Source: a bacterium
GTDB lineage: Bacteria > Krumholzibacteriota > Krumholzibacteriia > JACNKJ01
Length of the DNA stretch: 60,847 nt
Direction of reading: 5' to 3'
Assembly (NCBI GenBank): GCA_016873475.1
Contig: VGXI01000002.1
Coordinates: 1 to 60,847, forward strand
A program made the position numbers and the translations under genes. Under the pieces are notes generated by a model that was not told the DNA's origin, searched no databases, and saw only the letters and a program-made list of their open reading frames with translations. How positions within the stretch are numbered: the stretch's first letter is position 1; each line of letters starts with the position of its first letter. Below, piece after piece: positions 1 through 8,687 of the stretch.

Positions 1-661
1 GGCTCGGGTCGGCGAGAGGCCGCAGGAGCTGCTTCTTGGCCAGCGCGTAGCTGCTCGCCCGGTCGCCGCCGATGCAGACCCCCAGGATGGCCGGGCCGCA
101 GCCCTGCCCCTGGGCGTTCACGACCGCGTCGAGGATCACCCGCCTGACGCCCTCCAGGTCGCGGCCGGCCTTCAGCCCGCCGTGCGGCAGGCTGTACTGG
201 GCGCTCTGGTTCTCGCTGCCGCCGCCCTTGAGCAGCAGGTCGAAGCGGAGCGCGTCCGGCTCCTCCCACTGCTCGAAGCTGAAGGAGGGAAAGGCCTCGC
301 CCGTGTTGTCGTTGCTGTTGGCGCCTGTCACGGAGTCCACCGCGTTGGGACGCAGCAGGCTCTCCTTGGTGGCCCGGCGGATGGCGGCCAGGGCCGCCTC
401 CCGGATCGGGCGCACCGGGTAGTCCCAGGGGTGCTTGACGTAGAAGACCGGCGTGCCGGTGTCCTGGCAGATCGGACTCACGCAGCGCTCGGACAGCTCG
501 ACGTTCTCGAGGATGGTCGCCAGGCTGGTCGCCGCGGCCGAGCCGGCCGCCTCGCGGCCCTGGCCGGCGCCGAGGGCCGCGGTCACGTCCGCCGGCAGCT
601 TGGTGCTCGCCCGGCGGATCAGCTCGAAGAGGTGGCTCTCCAGGTCGGGGATCGTCTTCAT
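1..661 (-). CDS. Class I (Fe-S type) fumarate/tartrate hydratase, alpha subunit; 5' part only, as the gene runs off the window
   Basis: Not in the ORF track because it has no stop in the window. The reverse-strand ATG at 661-659 is preceded by GAGG. My translation is MKTIPDLESHLFELIRRASTKLPADV...SPICQDTGTPVFYVKHPW...LLLKGGGSENQSAQY...GPAILGVCIGGDR, with the CQDTG motif typical of the family. Confidence 0.8.
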   Translation of the reverse strand, partial: MKTIPDLESHLFELIRRASTKLPADVTAALGAGQGREAAGSAAATSLATILENVELSERCVSPICQDTGTPVFYVKHPWDYPVRPIREAALAAIRRATKESLLRPNAVDSVTGANSNDNTGEAFPSFSFEQWEEPDALRFDLLLKGGGSENQSAQYSLPHGGLKAGRDLEGVRRVILDAVVNAQGQGCGPAILGVCIGGDRASSYALAKKQLLRPLADPS

Positions 662-848
662 GCCGGCCTCGCTTCCCGGGCCCGGGCGGCGGACCCAGAC
701 CGCCAATATAGGCCAGCGGCCGCCGGCCTTCAATCGCGGCGAAGCCGCCGCCGGCGTGGCGCGCGGCGGCCCTTGCATCCCCGCCGGCCCTGAGGCACAC
801 TGCCCGGACTGCCGCACCCCGAACTCACCGCCCCGACAAGGAGTCTCC

Positions 849-2285
849 ATGGCCGCCTCCGCGGTGGAGCGCGTCCTCGCCCGCGTCAAGGGCGAGGGGA
901 TCGAGGTCGTCGACCTCAAGTTCGTCAACCTCTTCGGCGGCTGGCACCACATCAGCGTGCCGCTCAGCCAGGTGGATGCCTCCCTCTTCTCGGAGGGCAT
1001 CGCCTTCGACGGCTCCAGCGTGCCCGGCTTCAAGTCGCTCGAGGCCGGCGACATGCTGCTCCTCGCCGATCCGGCGACGGCCGCGCGCGATCCCTTCTGG
1101 GACCGGCCCGCGCTGTCGATGATCGCCCAGCCCGTCGAGGCCGACACGAAGGCGCCCTTCGCGCGCGACCCGCGGGCCATCCTCGCCAAGGCCGACGCCC
1201 TGCTCGCCGCGAGCGGCATCGCCACGGGCAGCCTCTGGGCGCCCGAGTTCGAGTTCTACATCTTCGACGCGGTGACCTACCTGAACGACATCAACACGGC
1301 GATGTACCGCATCGACAGCGCCGAGGCGGACTGGAACAGCGCCGTCGGTCCCGACAGCAACCTCGGCTACAAGATTCCCCGCCAGGGCGGCTACCACGCC
1401 AGCCCGCCGCTGGACCAGCTCTTCAACCTGCGCGCCGAGATGGTCGCCGAGCTGGAGGCGGCCGGCATCCCCGTCCGCTATCACCACCACGAGGTGGGCG
1501 GCCCGGGCCAGAGCGAGATCGAGGTGCTCGAGCAGCCGCTCCGCGCCGCGGCCGACAACGCCCTGCGGGTGAAGTACATCATCAAGATGACGGCGGTGCG
1601 TCACAAGAAGACCGTCACCTTCATGCCCAAGCCCCTCTACAACGAGGCGGGCAGCGGCATGCACTTCCACCAGCGCCTGATGAAGGGGCCCAGGAACCTC
1701 TTCTGGGATCCCAAGGGCTACGCCGGGCTGAGCAAGCTCGCGCTCCAGTACATCGCCGGCCAGCTCGTCCACGCGCCGGCCCTGCTCGCCTTCACCAACC
1801 CGAGCACGAACAGCTACAAGCGCCTGGTGCCCGGCTTCGAGGCGCCGGTAAAGACGATCTTCGGGCTGGCCAATCGCAGCGCCGCCATCCGCATCCCGAA
1901 GTACGCGGACACGGCGGCCACCAAGCGCTTCGAGTTCCGCCCGCCGGATGCGACCTGCAACGTCTACCTGGCGATGGCCGCGCAGCTGCTCGCCGGGCTG
2001 GACGGCATCCGCCGCCGGCTCGACCCGAGCCAGCTCGGCTTCGGGCCCTACGACGTGAACGTCTTCGCCCTGCCCGAGGCCGAGAAGGCCAGGCTCGGCA
2101 GCCTGCCGACCAGCCTGCGCGAGGCGATGCTCGCCCTGGAGGCCGACCACGAGTTCCTGCTGGCGGGGGACGTCTTCAGCCGCGAGCTGATCGCGGCCTG
2201 GATCCACGCCAAGATCGAGGACGAGTACAACGCGGTGCGCAACCGGCCGCACCCCTACGAGATCTCGCTCTACTTCGACGCCTGA
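849..2285 (+). CDS. glnA: Glutamine synthetase type I
   Basis: ATG 849 with an AAGGAG RBS lies inside ORF 453..2285. Motifs: IAFDGSSVPGF, HHHEVGGPGQSEIE, KPLYNEAGSGMHFHQ, NSYKRLVPGFEAP, RIPKY. Confidence 0.95.
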   Translation: MAASAVERVLARVKGEGIEVVDLKFVNLFGGWHHISVPLSQVDASLFSEGIAFDGSSVPGFKSLEAGDMLLLADPATAARDPFWDRPALSMIAQPVEADTKAPFARDPRAILAKADALLAASGIATGSLWAPEFEFYIFDAVTYLNDINTAMYRIDSAEADWNSAVGPDSNLGYKIPRQGGYHASPPLDQLFNLRAEMVAELEAAGIPVRYHHHEVGGPGQSEIEVLEQPLRAAADNALRVKYIIKMTAVRHKKTVTFMPKPLYNEAGSGMHFHQRLMKGPRNLFWDPKGYAGLSKLALQYIAGQLVHAPALLAFTNPSTNSYKRLVPGFEAPVKTIFGLANRSAAIRIPKYADTAATKRFEFRPPDATCNVYLAMAAQLLAGLDGIRRRLDPSQLGFGPYDVNVFALPEAEKARLGSLPTSLREAMLALEADHEFLLAGDVFSRELIAAWIHAKIEDEYNAVRNRPHPYEISLYFDA

Positions 2286-2294
2286 GAGGCGGCC

Positions 2295-3506
2295 ATGTTC
2301 GTCAACGACCCGATCCATGGCTTCATCGAGCTGAACGAGCTCCAGGGGGGGCTGCTCGAGCTGCCGGAGCTGCAGCGCCTGCAGTGGATCCGCCAGCTCG
2401 GGCTGAGCTTCCTCAGCTACCCGGGCGGCGTCCACACCCGGGCTTGCCACGTGATCGGGGTGAGCCACGTCGCCGGGAAGATGGCCGAGGCGCTGCAGCT
2501 GCTGCCCGAGCAGCGCTGGCTGGCCGAGGCGGCCGGGATGCTGCACGACGTCGGGCACACGCCTTTCAGCCACGCCCTGGAGAGCCTGCTGCCCGAGGAC
2601 CACATGGAGCTGACGGGCAGCCTCATCACCGGCAGGGCGCGCTTCAGCTTCCCGCGGGCGGGCTGGATCCCCGAGATCCTGCGCCGCTACGGCCTGGATC
2701 CCGAGGAGGTGGCCGACCTGGTGACGGGCCGCCACCCGGACGCCATCCTCCAGCACGTCATCCACGGGCCGATCGACGCCGATCAGCTCGACTATCTCCT
2801 GCGCGACAGCTACTTCACGGGCATCGCCCACGGCAACATCGACCTCCACCGCATCCTGCACACGCTCAAGGCCGACCGGGTCCTGGGCGGGCTCTACCTC
2901 ATGGAGAAGGGCCTGGACGCCATCGAGGAGATGCTCGTCGCCCGCGACCACATGTACTCGGCGGTCTACGCCCACCGGACGGGCCGCATCGCCGAGACGA
3001 TGCTGCTCAGGGCGATGGAGCTGGCCGTGAGCAGCATCGAGGGCTGGTACGAGATGACCGACGGCGAGCTGATGGCCCGCCTGCGCCTGGCCGGCGGCGT
3101 CAGCGCCGAGCTGGTGGACAAGATCCAGTACCGGGACCTCTACAAGACGGCCTTCAGCATCGCGAGCCGGGGCGAGGGACAGCTCCGCGCCGCCCTCGCC
3201 GAGACCTCCCGCGGCCTGGGCCGCCAGGAGATCGAGGCCCTGCTCACCGAGCGCTGCGGCTTCGGGCCCGGCGGGCTGCTCGTCGACATGCCGGTCGACA
3301 TGCTCGCCTTCACCGAGCCGCGCCTGAAGCGGGTGGAGCTGCCCATCCTGCGCAAGAGCGGCGAGCGGACGGACCTCTACGAGCTGTCCGCCCTGGCCCG
3401 GGCGCTGGCGGAGAAGGAGTCCTCGCACACGGTCTTCGCGGTCTACACCGCGCCCGAGGACCGCGCCCGCGCCCGCGCGGTGACGGAAACCTGGCTGGGG
3501 CTGTGA
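2295..3506 (+). CDS. HD-domain phosphohydrolase (dNTP triphosphohydrolase/SAMHD1-like)
   Basis: ORF 2295..3506. Motifs: HTRACHVIGVSH, MLHDVGHTPFSHALE, DADQLDYLLRDSYFTG. Confidence 0.85.
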   Translation: MFVNDPIHGFIELNELQGGLLELPELQRLQWIRQLGLSFLSYPGGVHTRACHVIGVSHVAGKMAEALQLLPEQRWLAEAAGMLHDVGHTPFSHALESLLPEDHMELTGSLITGRARFSFPRAGWIPEILRRYGLDPEEVADLVTGRHPDAILQHVIHGPIDADQLDYLLRDSYFTGIAHGNIDLHRILHTLKADRVLGGLYLMEKGLDAIEEMLVARDHMYSAVYAHRTGRIAETMLLRAMELAVSSIEGWYEMTDGELMARLRLAGGVSAELVDKIQYRDLYKTAFSIASRGEGQLRAALAETSRGLGRQEIEALLTERCGFGPGGLLVDMPVDMLAFTEPRLKRVELPILRKSGERTDLYELSALARALAEKESSHTVFAVYTAPEDRARARAVTETWLGL

Positions 3507-3516
3507 AGGAGATCCA

Positions 3517-3894
3517 ATGAGCGAGCACAGGCAGCGTGGCTTTCTCGCCACCCTCTTCGACTTCAGCTTCGAGGACTTCCTCACGCCCGGCGTGCTGAAG
3601 CTCCTCTACACGATCGGCCTGCTGGCCGCCCTCTTCGGCTCCCTGCGCTTCATCGGGGGCGGCTTCGGGCGCGGCGTCTGGACCGGCATCGGCGCCCTGC
3701 TGCTCGCGCCGCTGCTCTTCCTGGTCTACAGCCTGCTGGCCCGGGTCGTGGTGGAGCTGGTGATGGTCTTCTTCCGCATCGCCGAGCACATGGAGCTGCT
3801 CGTCGAGGCCGAGGGCCGCAGCCCGCGCCGCCGGCGCGGGCGCAAGGAGAAGGCCGAGGCGGCCGAGGGCGCCGGCGCCCCGCCCGAGAGCTGA
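3517..3894 (+). CDS. DUF4282-like small membrane protein
   Basis: ORF 3517..3894 with an AAGGAG RBS. N-terminal FLATLFDFSFEDFLTPGVLKLLY plus two hydrophobic helices. Family name is from memory. Confidence 0.75.
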   Translation: MSEHRQRGFLATLFDFSFEDFLTPGVLKLLYTIGLLAALFGSLRFIGGGFGRGVWTGIGALLLAPLLFLVYSLLARVVVELVMVFFRIAEHMELLVEAEGRSPRRRRGRKEKAEAAEGAGAPPES

Positions 3895-3924
3895 GCCGCG
3901 CCGGTCGGCCCCGGGCGACCCCCG

Positions 3925-3957
3925 TTAAAAAGAGCAGGGAGGGCACCTGTCCCTCCC
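3925..3957 (-). terminator. Intrinsic terminator for the minus-strand micro-ORF
   Basis: Stem gggaggg 3937-3943 pairs with ccctccc 3951-3957 around a 7-nt loop. The plus-strand A-run 3927-3931 gives ...TGCTCTTTTTAAC after the hairpin on the minus strand. Confidence 0.5.
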
Positions 3958-3995
3958 CCGATCAAGTCACATGACCGACAAGCGGCCAGTAGAAG

Positions 3996-4058
3996 TTACT
4001 TCTTCTTGGTCGTGGACTTGGTGGCCTTCTTGGCAGCGGCCTTCTTCTTGCCAGCCAT
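3996..4058 (-). CDS. Candidate 20-aa Lys/Ala-rich micro-protein MAGKKKAAAKKATKSTTKKK
   Basis: This is the tail of track ORF 3996..4607. ATG 4058-4056 has GGAGAG 6 nt upstream. No in-frame ATG/GTG/TTG lies further upstream after the aspartokinase terminator. It has its own terminator, and the locus has lower G+C. Confidence 0.35.
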   Translation of the reverse strand: MAGKKKAAAKKATKSTTKKK

Positions 4059-4124
4059 TGCGATCTCTCCGCGTAGTAGGGAAGGGAACTGGGCCGGGAC
4101 TGTCCCGGCTTGCTCTTGGCGCGG

Positions 4125-4154
4125 ACTATCGCGCCGGTGCCGCCAGGCATGCAA
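4125..4154 (-). promoter_or_regulatory. Possible sigma70-type promoter for the micro-ORF
   Basis: Minus strand reads TTGCAT (4154-4149), 18 nt, GATAGT (4130-4125). Each hexamer matches consensus at 4/6. Confidence 0.25.
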
Positions 4155-4175
4155 GCAAGAATCGCATGGGCGGCG

Positions 4176-4202
4176 AAAAAAAACGCAGCGACCCCAGCGC
4201 TC
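4176..4202 (-). terminator. Probable terminator of the hom-asd-aspartokinase operon
   Basis: The plus-strand A8 run 4176-4183 is a T8 run on the minus strand, directly after a short 4-5 bp stem (4085-4090 pairing 4198-4202 region) that overlaps the stop codon. The stem is weak and the T-run is strong. Confidence 0.4.
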
Positions 4203-5328
4203 ACGCGCCGCGGAGCAGGCGCGCGTGGAGCGCTGCGAGCGCGGCAGCGAGCGCGGGCTCGGGGACCAGCCAGCGGCAGCGATCGGCCGGCGCGGGGATC
4301 GCCTCTGCGTCCGCGGGCGGCGGCGCCGCGGCGCCCGGGCCACTGAAGACGAGCGAGAGCGTCGCCCAGCCGCGCTCGGGCGGCGCGAACGTGCCCGCTG
4401 CCGCGAGCCGCGCCAGCCGCGCGGGCAGCGCGGGATCGTCGGGCGCGAGGTAGCGCCCCGCGCCCGCTGAGAGCAGCTCGGGATCCAGAGCCGCGAGATC
4501 CGCGCCCGCCGCGCGCAAGAGCACCAGCCGCTCGCGCTGGGCCAGCGCCAGCGGGCGCAGGGGTCCCGTCGCCGGCCGGTGGTGGATGAGCGTGCCCTCG
4601 CCCTCATCGAAGGTGCTGAGCACGCGCAGGGGCGTCGCCCCCGGCAGCGCGGCCCGCACCGCCCGCGGGTGGACGACCTTGCTCCCCTCCTCGGCCATCG
4701 CGAGCATGGCGGCGGCGGGCAGCTCCGCCAGGTAGCGCGCGGCCGGCACGCGGCGGGGATCGGCGTCGGCGACGCCGGGCACGTCCGTGTAGATCTCCAC
4801 CTCGGCGGCGCCGAGCGCGGCGCCGAGGGCGACGCCGCTCGTGTCGCTGCCGCCGCGGCCCAGCGTGCGGATCTCCCCCGCGGCGTCCGCGCCCTGGAAG
4901 CCGGCCACGACGGCGATCCGCCCCGCCGCCAGGCAGGCCGCGATGCGGGCGGGCTCGACGCGCAGGATCTCGGCCTCGCCCGCTCGCCCGTCCGTGAGGA
5001 CGCCGGCCTGCGGCCCGGTGAAGGCCTGGGCCGGCAGGCCGGCGAGCGTCAGCTCGTGGGCGAAGAGGGCAGCGGCGATCTGTTCGCCGGCGGCCATCGC
5101 CAGGTCCAGTTCGCGCGGGGCGACCGGCTCGCCGGCTCCGGTGAGCAGACCGATCAGCGTGTCCGTCGCGTAGGGCTCGCCCTTGCGGCCCAGCGCGCTG
5201 ACGACGATGGCCAGGCGCCGGCCCGCCGCGGCGCGGGCCGCCACCCGGCGGATGGCGGCCGCGCGGGCGGCGGCGTCGCGGACGCTGGTGCCGCCGAACT
5301 TGAGGACCAGGGTCGCCGGCTCGGCCAT
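4201..5328 (-). CDS. lysC: Aspartate kinase
   Basis: ORF 4201..5328. N-terminus LVLKFGGTSVRD, then VVSALG, GRGGSDTSGVALGAALGA. Confidence 0.9.
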   Translation of the reverse strand: MAEPATLVLKFGGTSVRDAAARAAAIRRVAARAAAGRRLAIVVSALGRKGEPYATDTLIGLLTGAGEPVAPRELDLAMAAGEQIAAALFAHELTLAGLPAQAFTGPQAGVLTDGRAGEAEILRVEPARIAACLAAGRIAVVAGFQGADAAGEIRTLGRGGSDTSGVALGAALGAAEVEIYTDVPGVADADPRRVPAARYLAELPAAAMLAMAEEGSKVVHPRAVRAALPGATPLRVLSTFDEGEGTLIHHRPATGPLRPLALAQRERLVLLRAAGADLAALDPELLSAGAGRYLAPDDPALPARLARLAAAGTFAPPERGWATLSLVFSGPGAAAPPPADAEAIPAPADRCRWLVPEPALAAALAALHARLLRGA

Positions 5329-5338
5329 GGGCGCTCGC

Positions 5339-6361
5339 CTAGGGGGTGCGGACCAGGCCGCGGCCGATCAGCTCGCGGGCGATCTGGACCGTGTTCAGGG
5401 CGGCGCCCTTGCGCAGGTTGTCCGCGACGCACCAGAAGTTCAGGGCGTTCGGGCAGCTGAAGTCCCGCCGCAGGCGACCGACGTAGACCGGGTCCTGGCC
5501 GCTGGCCCGGATCGCCAGCGGGTAGAGCGTGCGCGCCGGCTCGTCCTCGACGACGAGGCCGGGCGAGCGGGCGAGCAGGGTGCGCAGCTCGTCCAGGTCG
5601 TAGGGCCGCTCGAACTCCACGTTGACGCTCTCGCTGTGCCCGTTGACCACCGGGATGCGCACGGTCGTCGCGGTCACTTTGATGGCGGGATCGAGGATCT
5701 TCGCCGTCTCGTTGACCATCTTCATCTCCTCCTTCGTGTAGCCGTTGTCGAGGAAGGAGTCGATGTGGGGCAGGGCGTTGAAGGCGATCTGGTGGGGGTA
5801 GACCTGCACGGCCAGGGGCCGGCCGGCGGCGTAGGATTTCACCTGGCCCTGGAGCTCCTCGACCGCCGCCTGCCCGGTGCCGCTGACCGCCTGGTAGGTG
5901 CTCACCACCACGCGGCGGGCCTTGTAGGCCTTGTGCAGGGGGGCCAGCGCCACCAGCATCTGGATCGTCGAGCAGTTCGGGTTGGCGATGATGCCCTGGT
6001 GGCCGGCCAGGGCCTGGGGGTTCACCTCCGGGATCACCAGCGGGTGCTCGGGGTCCATGCGGAAGGCGGTGCTGTTGTCGATGCAGACCGCGCCCCGCTT
6101 CACGGCCTCGGGCGCCAGCGCCTTGGCCGCCGCCTCGCCGGCGCTGAAGATGGCGATGTCGACGCCGCGGAAGGCCTCCGGCTCGGCGGCCACCACCGTG
6201 TGGGCCTTGCCGCGCCAGGTGACGCTCTTGCCGGCGTTCTCGGGCAGGTCCATGGGGACGAGGCCGGCGATCGGCAGGTCGGTGGCCGCCTCCAGGATGC
6301 TGCGCATCTCCGTGCCCACGTTGCCCAGCGCCCCGACGACGGCGAAGGTGTACTGCTTCAT
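5339..6361 (-). CDS. asd: Aspartate-semialdehyde dehydrogenase
   Basis: MKQYTFAVVGALGNVGTEM... starts at 6361 inside ORF 5339..6658. Active-site region IIANPNCSTIQM, plus STYQAVSGTG. The ATGA overlap with the hom stop supports this start. Confidence 0.95.
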   Translation of the reverse strand: MKQYTFAVVGALGNVGTEMRSILEAATDLPIAGLVPMDLPENAGKSVTWRGKAHTVVAAEPEAFRGVDIAIFSAGEAAAKALAPEAVKRGAVCIDNSTAFRMDPEHPLVIPEVNPQALAGHQGIIANPNCSTIQMLVALAPLHKAYKARRVVVSTYQAVSGTGQAAVEELQGQVKSYAAGRPLAVQVYPHQIAFNALPHIDSFLDNGYTKEEMKMVNETAKILDPAIKVTATTVRIPVVNGHSESVNVEFERPYDLDELRTLLARSPGLVVEDEPARTLYPLAIRASGQDPVYVGRLRRDFSCPNALNFWCVADNLRKGAALNTVQIARELIGRGLVRTP

Positions 6362-7395
6362 GCGCGGCTCCTTGCGATGGCGATGAGGTCGCTGAGGATG
6401 GCGAAGCCCGTCTGGACGCGGCCGGCGCCCGGGCCGACGACGGTGACCTTGCCCAGCAGGTCCGTCTCGAAGCTGACGGCGTTGGTGGGGCCCATGACGC
6501 CGGCCAGGGGATCGGCGAGCGGCAGGGCGACCGGTTCGACGCGGGCGTCCAGCCCGCCGCCCGGCAGGCGGCGCACGCTGCCGATCAGCTTCCAGCGCTT
6601 GCCGGCCGCGCGGGCCTTGGCGACGTCCGCCGCCTTGATGCCCGTGATGCCCTTGCACCTGACGTCGGCGGGGGAGAGCTTGCCGCCCATCAGCAGGTTG
6701 GCGAGGATCGCCACCTTGCCCGCGGCGTCGTGGCCCTCGACGTCGCCGGTCGGGTCGGCTTCGGCGTAGCCGAGCGCCTGGGCCTTGTCGAGGGCGGCGG
6801 CGTAGTCGGCGCCGGCCTCCATCTCGCTGAGGATGTAGTTGGTCGTTCCGTTGAGAATGCCCTGGATGGCCGTGAAGTCGTTGCCGGCCAGGTTCTCGAG
6901 GGCGAGGCTGAGCACGGGGGTGCCGCTCATCACCGTGCCCTCGATGCGCAGCTGCACGCCGTGCTTGGCGGCCAGGCGCGCCAGGCGAGGCTGGGCGAGG
7001 GCGGCCGGCCCCTTGTTGCTGGTCACGACGTGCTTGCCGAGCTTCAGGGCCGTCTCGCAGTGGCGGATGGCCGGCTGGCCGGTGGCGAGGTCGGTCCAGG
7101 CCATCTCCACGACGACCTCCGCGCCGCTCTCCCGAATCGTCTTCAGGGCGTCCCAGCGGCGGGCGAGGCCGGGGCCGCGATAGGCATCCAGGCTGCCCTT
7201 CTCGCGGACTGCCCTCAGCAGGCGGCCCAGATCCAGGCCCTGCGGGTCGCAGACGGCGCCCAGGCGGGCGTCGCTCACGGCCACGACACTGGCCGCGTAA
7301 CCGTGCCGGCGCGCCAGCGCCGCCTTCTTGGTGTGGAGGATCTCGGCCAGTCCCTGGCCCACGTTCCCGAATCCGATCAGGGCGATCTTCTGCAT
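6358..7395 (-). CDS. hom: Homoserine dehydrogenase
   Basis: ORF 6358..7395. MQKIALIGFGNVGQG Rossmann N-terminus, NGTTNYILSEME, LGYAEADPTGDVEGHDAAGK. Confidence 0.93.
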   Translation of the reverse strand: MQKIALIGFGNVGQGLAEILHTKKAALARRHGYAASVVAVSDARLGAVCDPQGLDLGRLLRAVREKGSLDAYRGPGLARRWDALKTIRESGAEVVVEMAWTDLATGQPAIRHCETALKLGKHVVTSNKGPAALAQPRLARLAAKHGVQLRIEGTVMSGTPVLSLALENLAGNDFTAIQGILNGTTNYILSEMEAGADYAAALDKAQALGYAEADPTGDVEGHDAAGKVAILANLLMGGKLSPADVRCKGITGIKAADVAKARAAGKRWKLIGSVRRLPGGGLDARVEPVALPLADPLAGVMGPTNAVSFETDLLGKVTVVGPGAGRVQTGFAILSDLIAIARSRA

Positions 7396-7429
7396 CCCAG
7401 ACTCCTCACAGGGCGGGCCGCGCGCGCGG

Positions 7430-7909
7430 CTAGGGGCTCTCCGGCAGGGGCAGCCGGGTGTCTCGCTTCAGCGTCGAGAGCACGAAAGCGCTCTTGAGCT
7501 TGCTCACGCCCTCGACGCGGGTGAGCGTGTGCAAGAGGAAATCCTCGTAGTCGCCGATCTCGGGCACCACGATGCGCAGGAGGAAGTCCTCCTCCCCGGT
7601 CAGGTGGTGGCACTCGAGCACCTGCGGCATGGCCAGGATGGCCGTCCTGAACTCCTCGATGCGCTCGCGACGGTGCAGGCTGAGCGCGACGGCTACGTAG
7701 ACCTCCGTCCGCAGGCCGACGCGCGCACCGTCGATCATGGCCGCGTAGCCGCGGATCACACCCTTCGCCTCGAGCTTGCGGATGCGCTCGTGGACGCTGG
7801 GCGGCGACAGGCCCACGCGCTCGGCGATGCGGGCATTGGGCAGGCGGCCCTCGGCCTGGAGGATCTCGAGGATCCGGCGGTCGGTGGCGTCGAGACGGAC
7901 ACTCTGCAT
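7430..7909 (-). CDS. Lrp/AsnC-family transcriptional regulator
   Basis: MQSVRLDATDRRILEILQAEGRLPNARIAERVGLSPPSVHERIRKLE... starts at ATG 7909 inside ORF 7430..7981. Confidence 0.9.
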   Translation of the reverse strand: MQSVRLDATDRRILEILQAEGRLPNARIAERVGLSPPSVHERIRKLEAKGVIRGYAAMIDGARVGLRTEVYVAVALSLHRRERIEEFRTAILAMPQVLECHHLTGEEDFLLRIVVPEIGDYEDFLLHTLTRVEGVSKLKSAFVLSTLKRDTRLPLPESP

Positions 7910-7916
7910 GGCGGGC

Positions 7917-7945
7917 AGGATAGAGAAAAGTGGCGCCCATCGCAA
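7917..7945 (-). promoter_or_regulatory. Candidate promoter giving a near-leaderless lrp mRNA
   Basis: Minus strand reads TTGCGA (7945-7940), 17 nt, TATCCT (7922-7917). Only 7 nt (gcccgcc) separate the -10 from the ATG, and there is no SD. Confidence 0.35.
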
Positions 7946-8167
7946 CGATGCTGAGGTCCAGCCGCGCCCCTCCCTAAGCATGTGAGACCCGCATGCGCTG
8001 TTCCCGAATTGCTCAGGGATCGGCTGCCCATCGCCCTGCGCTGCAACCTGGGCGTGGCCGGCCCACCGGCGCGCCGCGAACCGGGCGGCGCGCCGGGGAA
8101 GCGGCGCCGGCAGCTCCGTCGCGAGGAGCGCCTGGCGCTGCGATCGCAGACTGGTACATATCTCTCA

Positions 8168-8196
8168 TTGACAATATAGCGTAGGAGGCATATATT
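8168..8196 (+). promoter_or_regulatory. Near-consensus sigma70 promoter of the ArsR/glycan operon
   Basis: TTGACA 8168-8173, exactly 17 nt, TATATT 8191-8196, sitting in a local AT-rich island. Confidence 0.6.
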
Positions 8197-8197
8197 G
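8172..8197. promoter_or_regulatory. Inverted repeat CAATATA-N12-TATATTG overlapping the promoter (candidate ArsR-type operator)
   Basis: A perfect 7-bp inverted repeat read directly from the sequence. It spans the -35 to -10 region. Confidence 0.35.
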
Positions 8198-8290
8198 GAC
8201 TCGGGAACGTCTCCCGCATGCACGCAGGAGATGGTGAGAGAAAGCCGGGGAGAGGCGCATCCTCTCCCCGGCGTCGAACGGCGAGCGACC

Positions 8291-8617
8291 ATGGCGACAC
8301 CTCGCTCCGAGCCCGTGCTCCAGGAGCTGGCGGCCTACTTCCGCCTGCTCGCCGAACCCGCGCGCCTGTCCATCCTGGATCTCCTGGCCGGCGGCGAGCT
8401 GAGCGTGCTCGAGATCGTCGCGGAGACGGGACTCGGCCAGTCCCACACCTCGCGCCAGCTCGGGCGCATGGCGAGCGAGGGACTGCTCACGCGGCGCAAG
8501 GAGGGCACGCGCGTCTACTACGCCCTCGCTGACCCTCGGCTGCCCGATCTCCTGAGCGCCGCCGAGCGCGCCCTGAAGGCGCACCTGCGCGGGCGGCTCG
8601 GCGGTCTCGGCGGATGA
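8291..8617 (+). CDS. ArsR/SmtB-family transcriptional regulator
   Basis: MATPRSEPVLQELAAYFRLLAEPARLSILDLLAGGELSVLEIVAETGLGQSHTSRQL... starts at ATG 8291 inside ORF 8195..8617. Confidence 0.88.
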   Translation: MATPRSEPVLQELAAYFRLLAEPARLSILDLLAGGELSVLEIVAETGLGQSHTSRQLGRMASEGLLTRRKEGTRVYYALADPRLPDLLSAAERALKAHLRGRLGGLGG

Positions 8618-8687
8618 GCGCCCCGCGCGAGGGCGGTGCCGCGCAGCGCGAGTCCCGCGCTTGCGGCGCTGGGGAGGGGAGCCGATA

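Noticed and set aside
662-848. Sigma54 (TGGCAC-N5-TTGC) promoter or glutamine riboswitch upstream of glnA
   Set aside because: The nearest candidates are tggcgc...ttgca with a 10-nt spacer and ggcacactgcccgg. Both fail the GG-N10-GC spacing. No glnA-RNA-like pseudoknot is evident.
825-3584. 919-aa minus-strand ORF, the longest in this area
   Set aside because: It is antisense to glnA and the HD hydrolase, both of which have unmistakable family motifs. Its product is low-complexity Arg/Ala/Gly/Leu/Val-rich, typical of antisense frames in very G+C-rich DNA.
5339-6658. N-terminally extended 439-aa version of asd, and similar long extensions of the moaB, OmpA, beta-propeller and MATE ORFs
   Set aside because: The extensions are Arg/Gly/Pro-rich and overlap the upstream genes. 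Internal ATGs with RBSs or ATGA coupling give proteins of canonical length.
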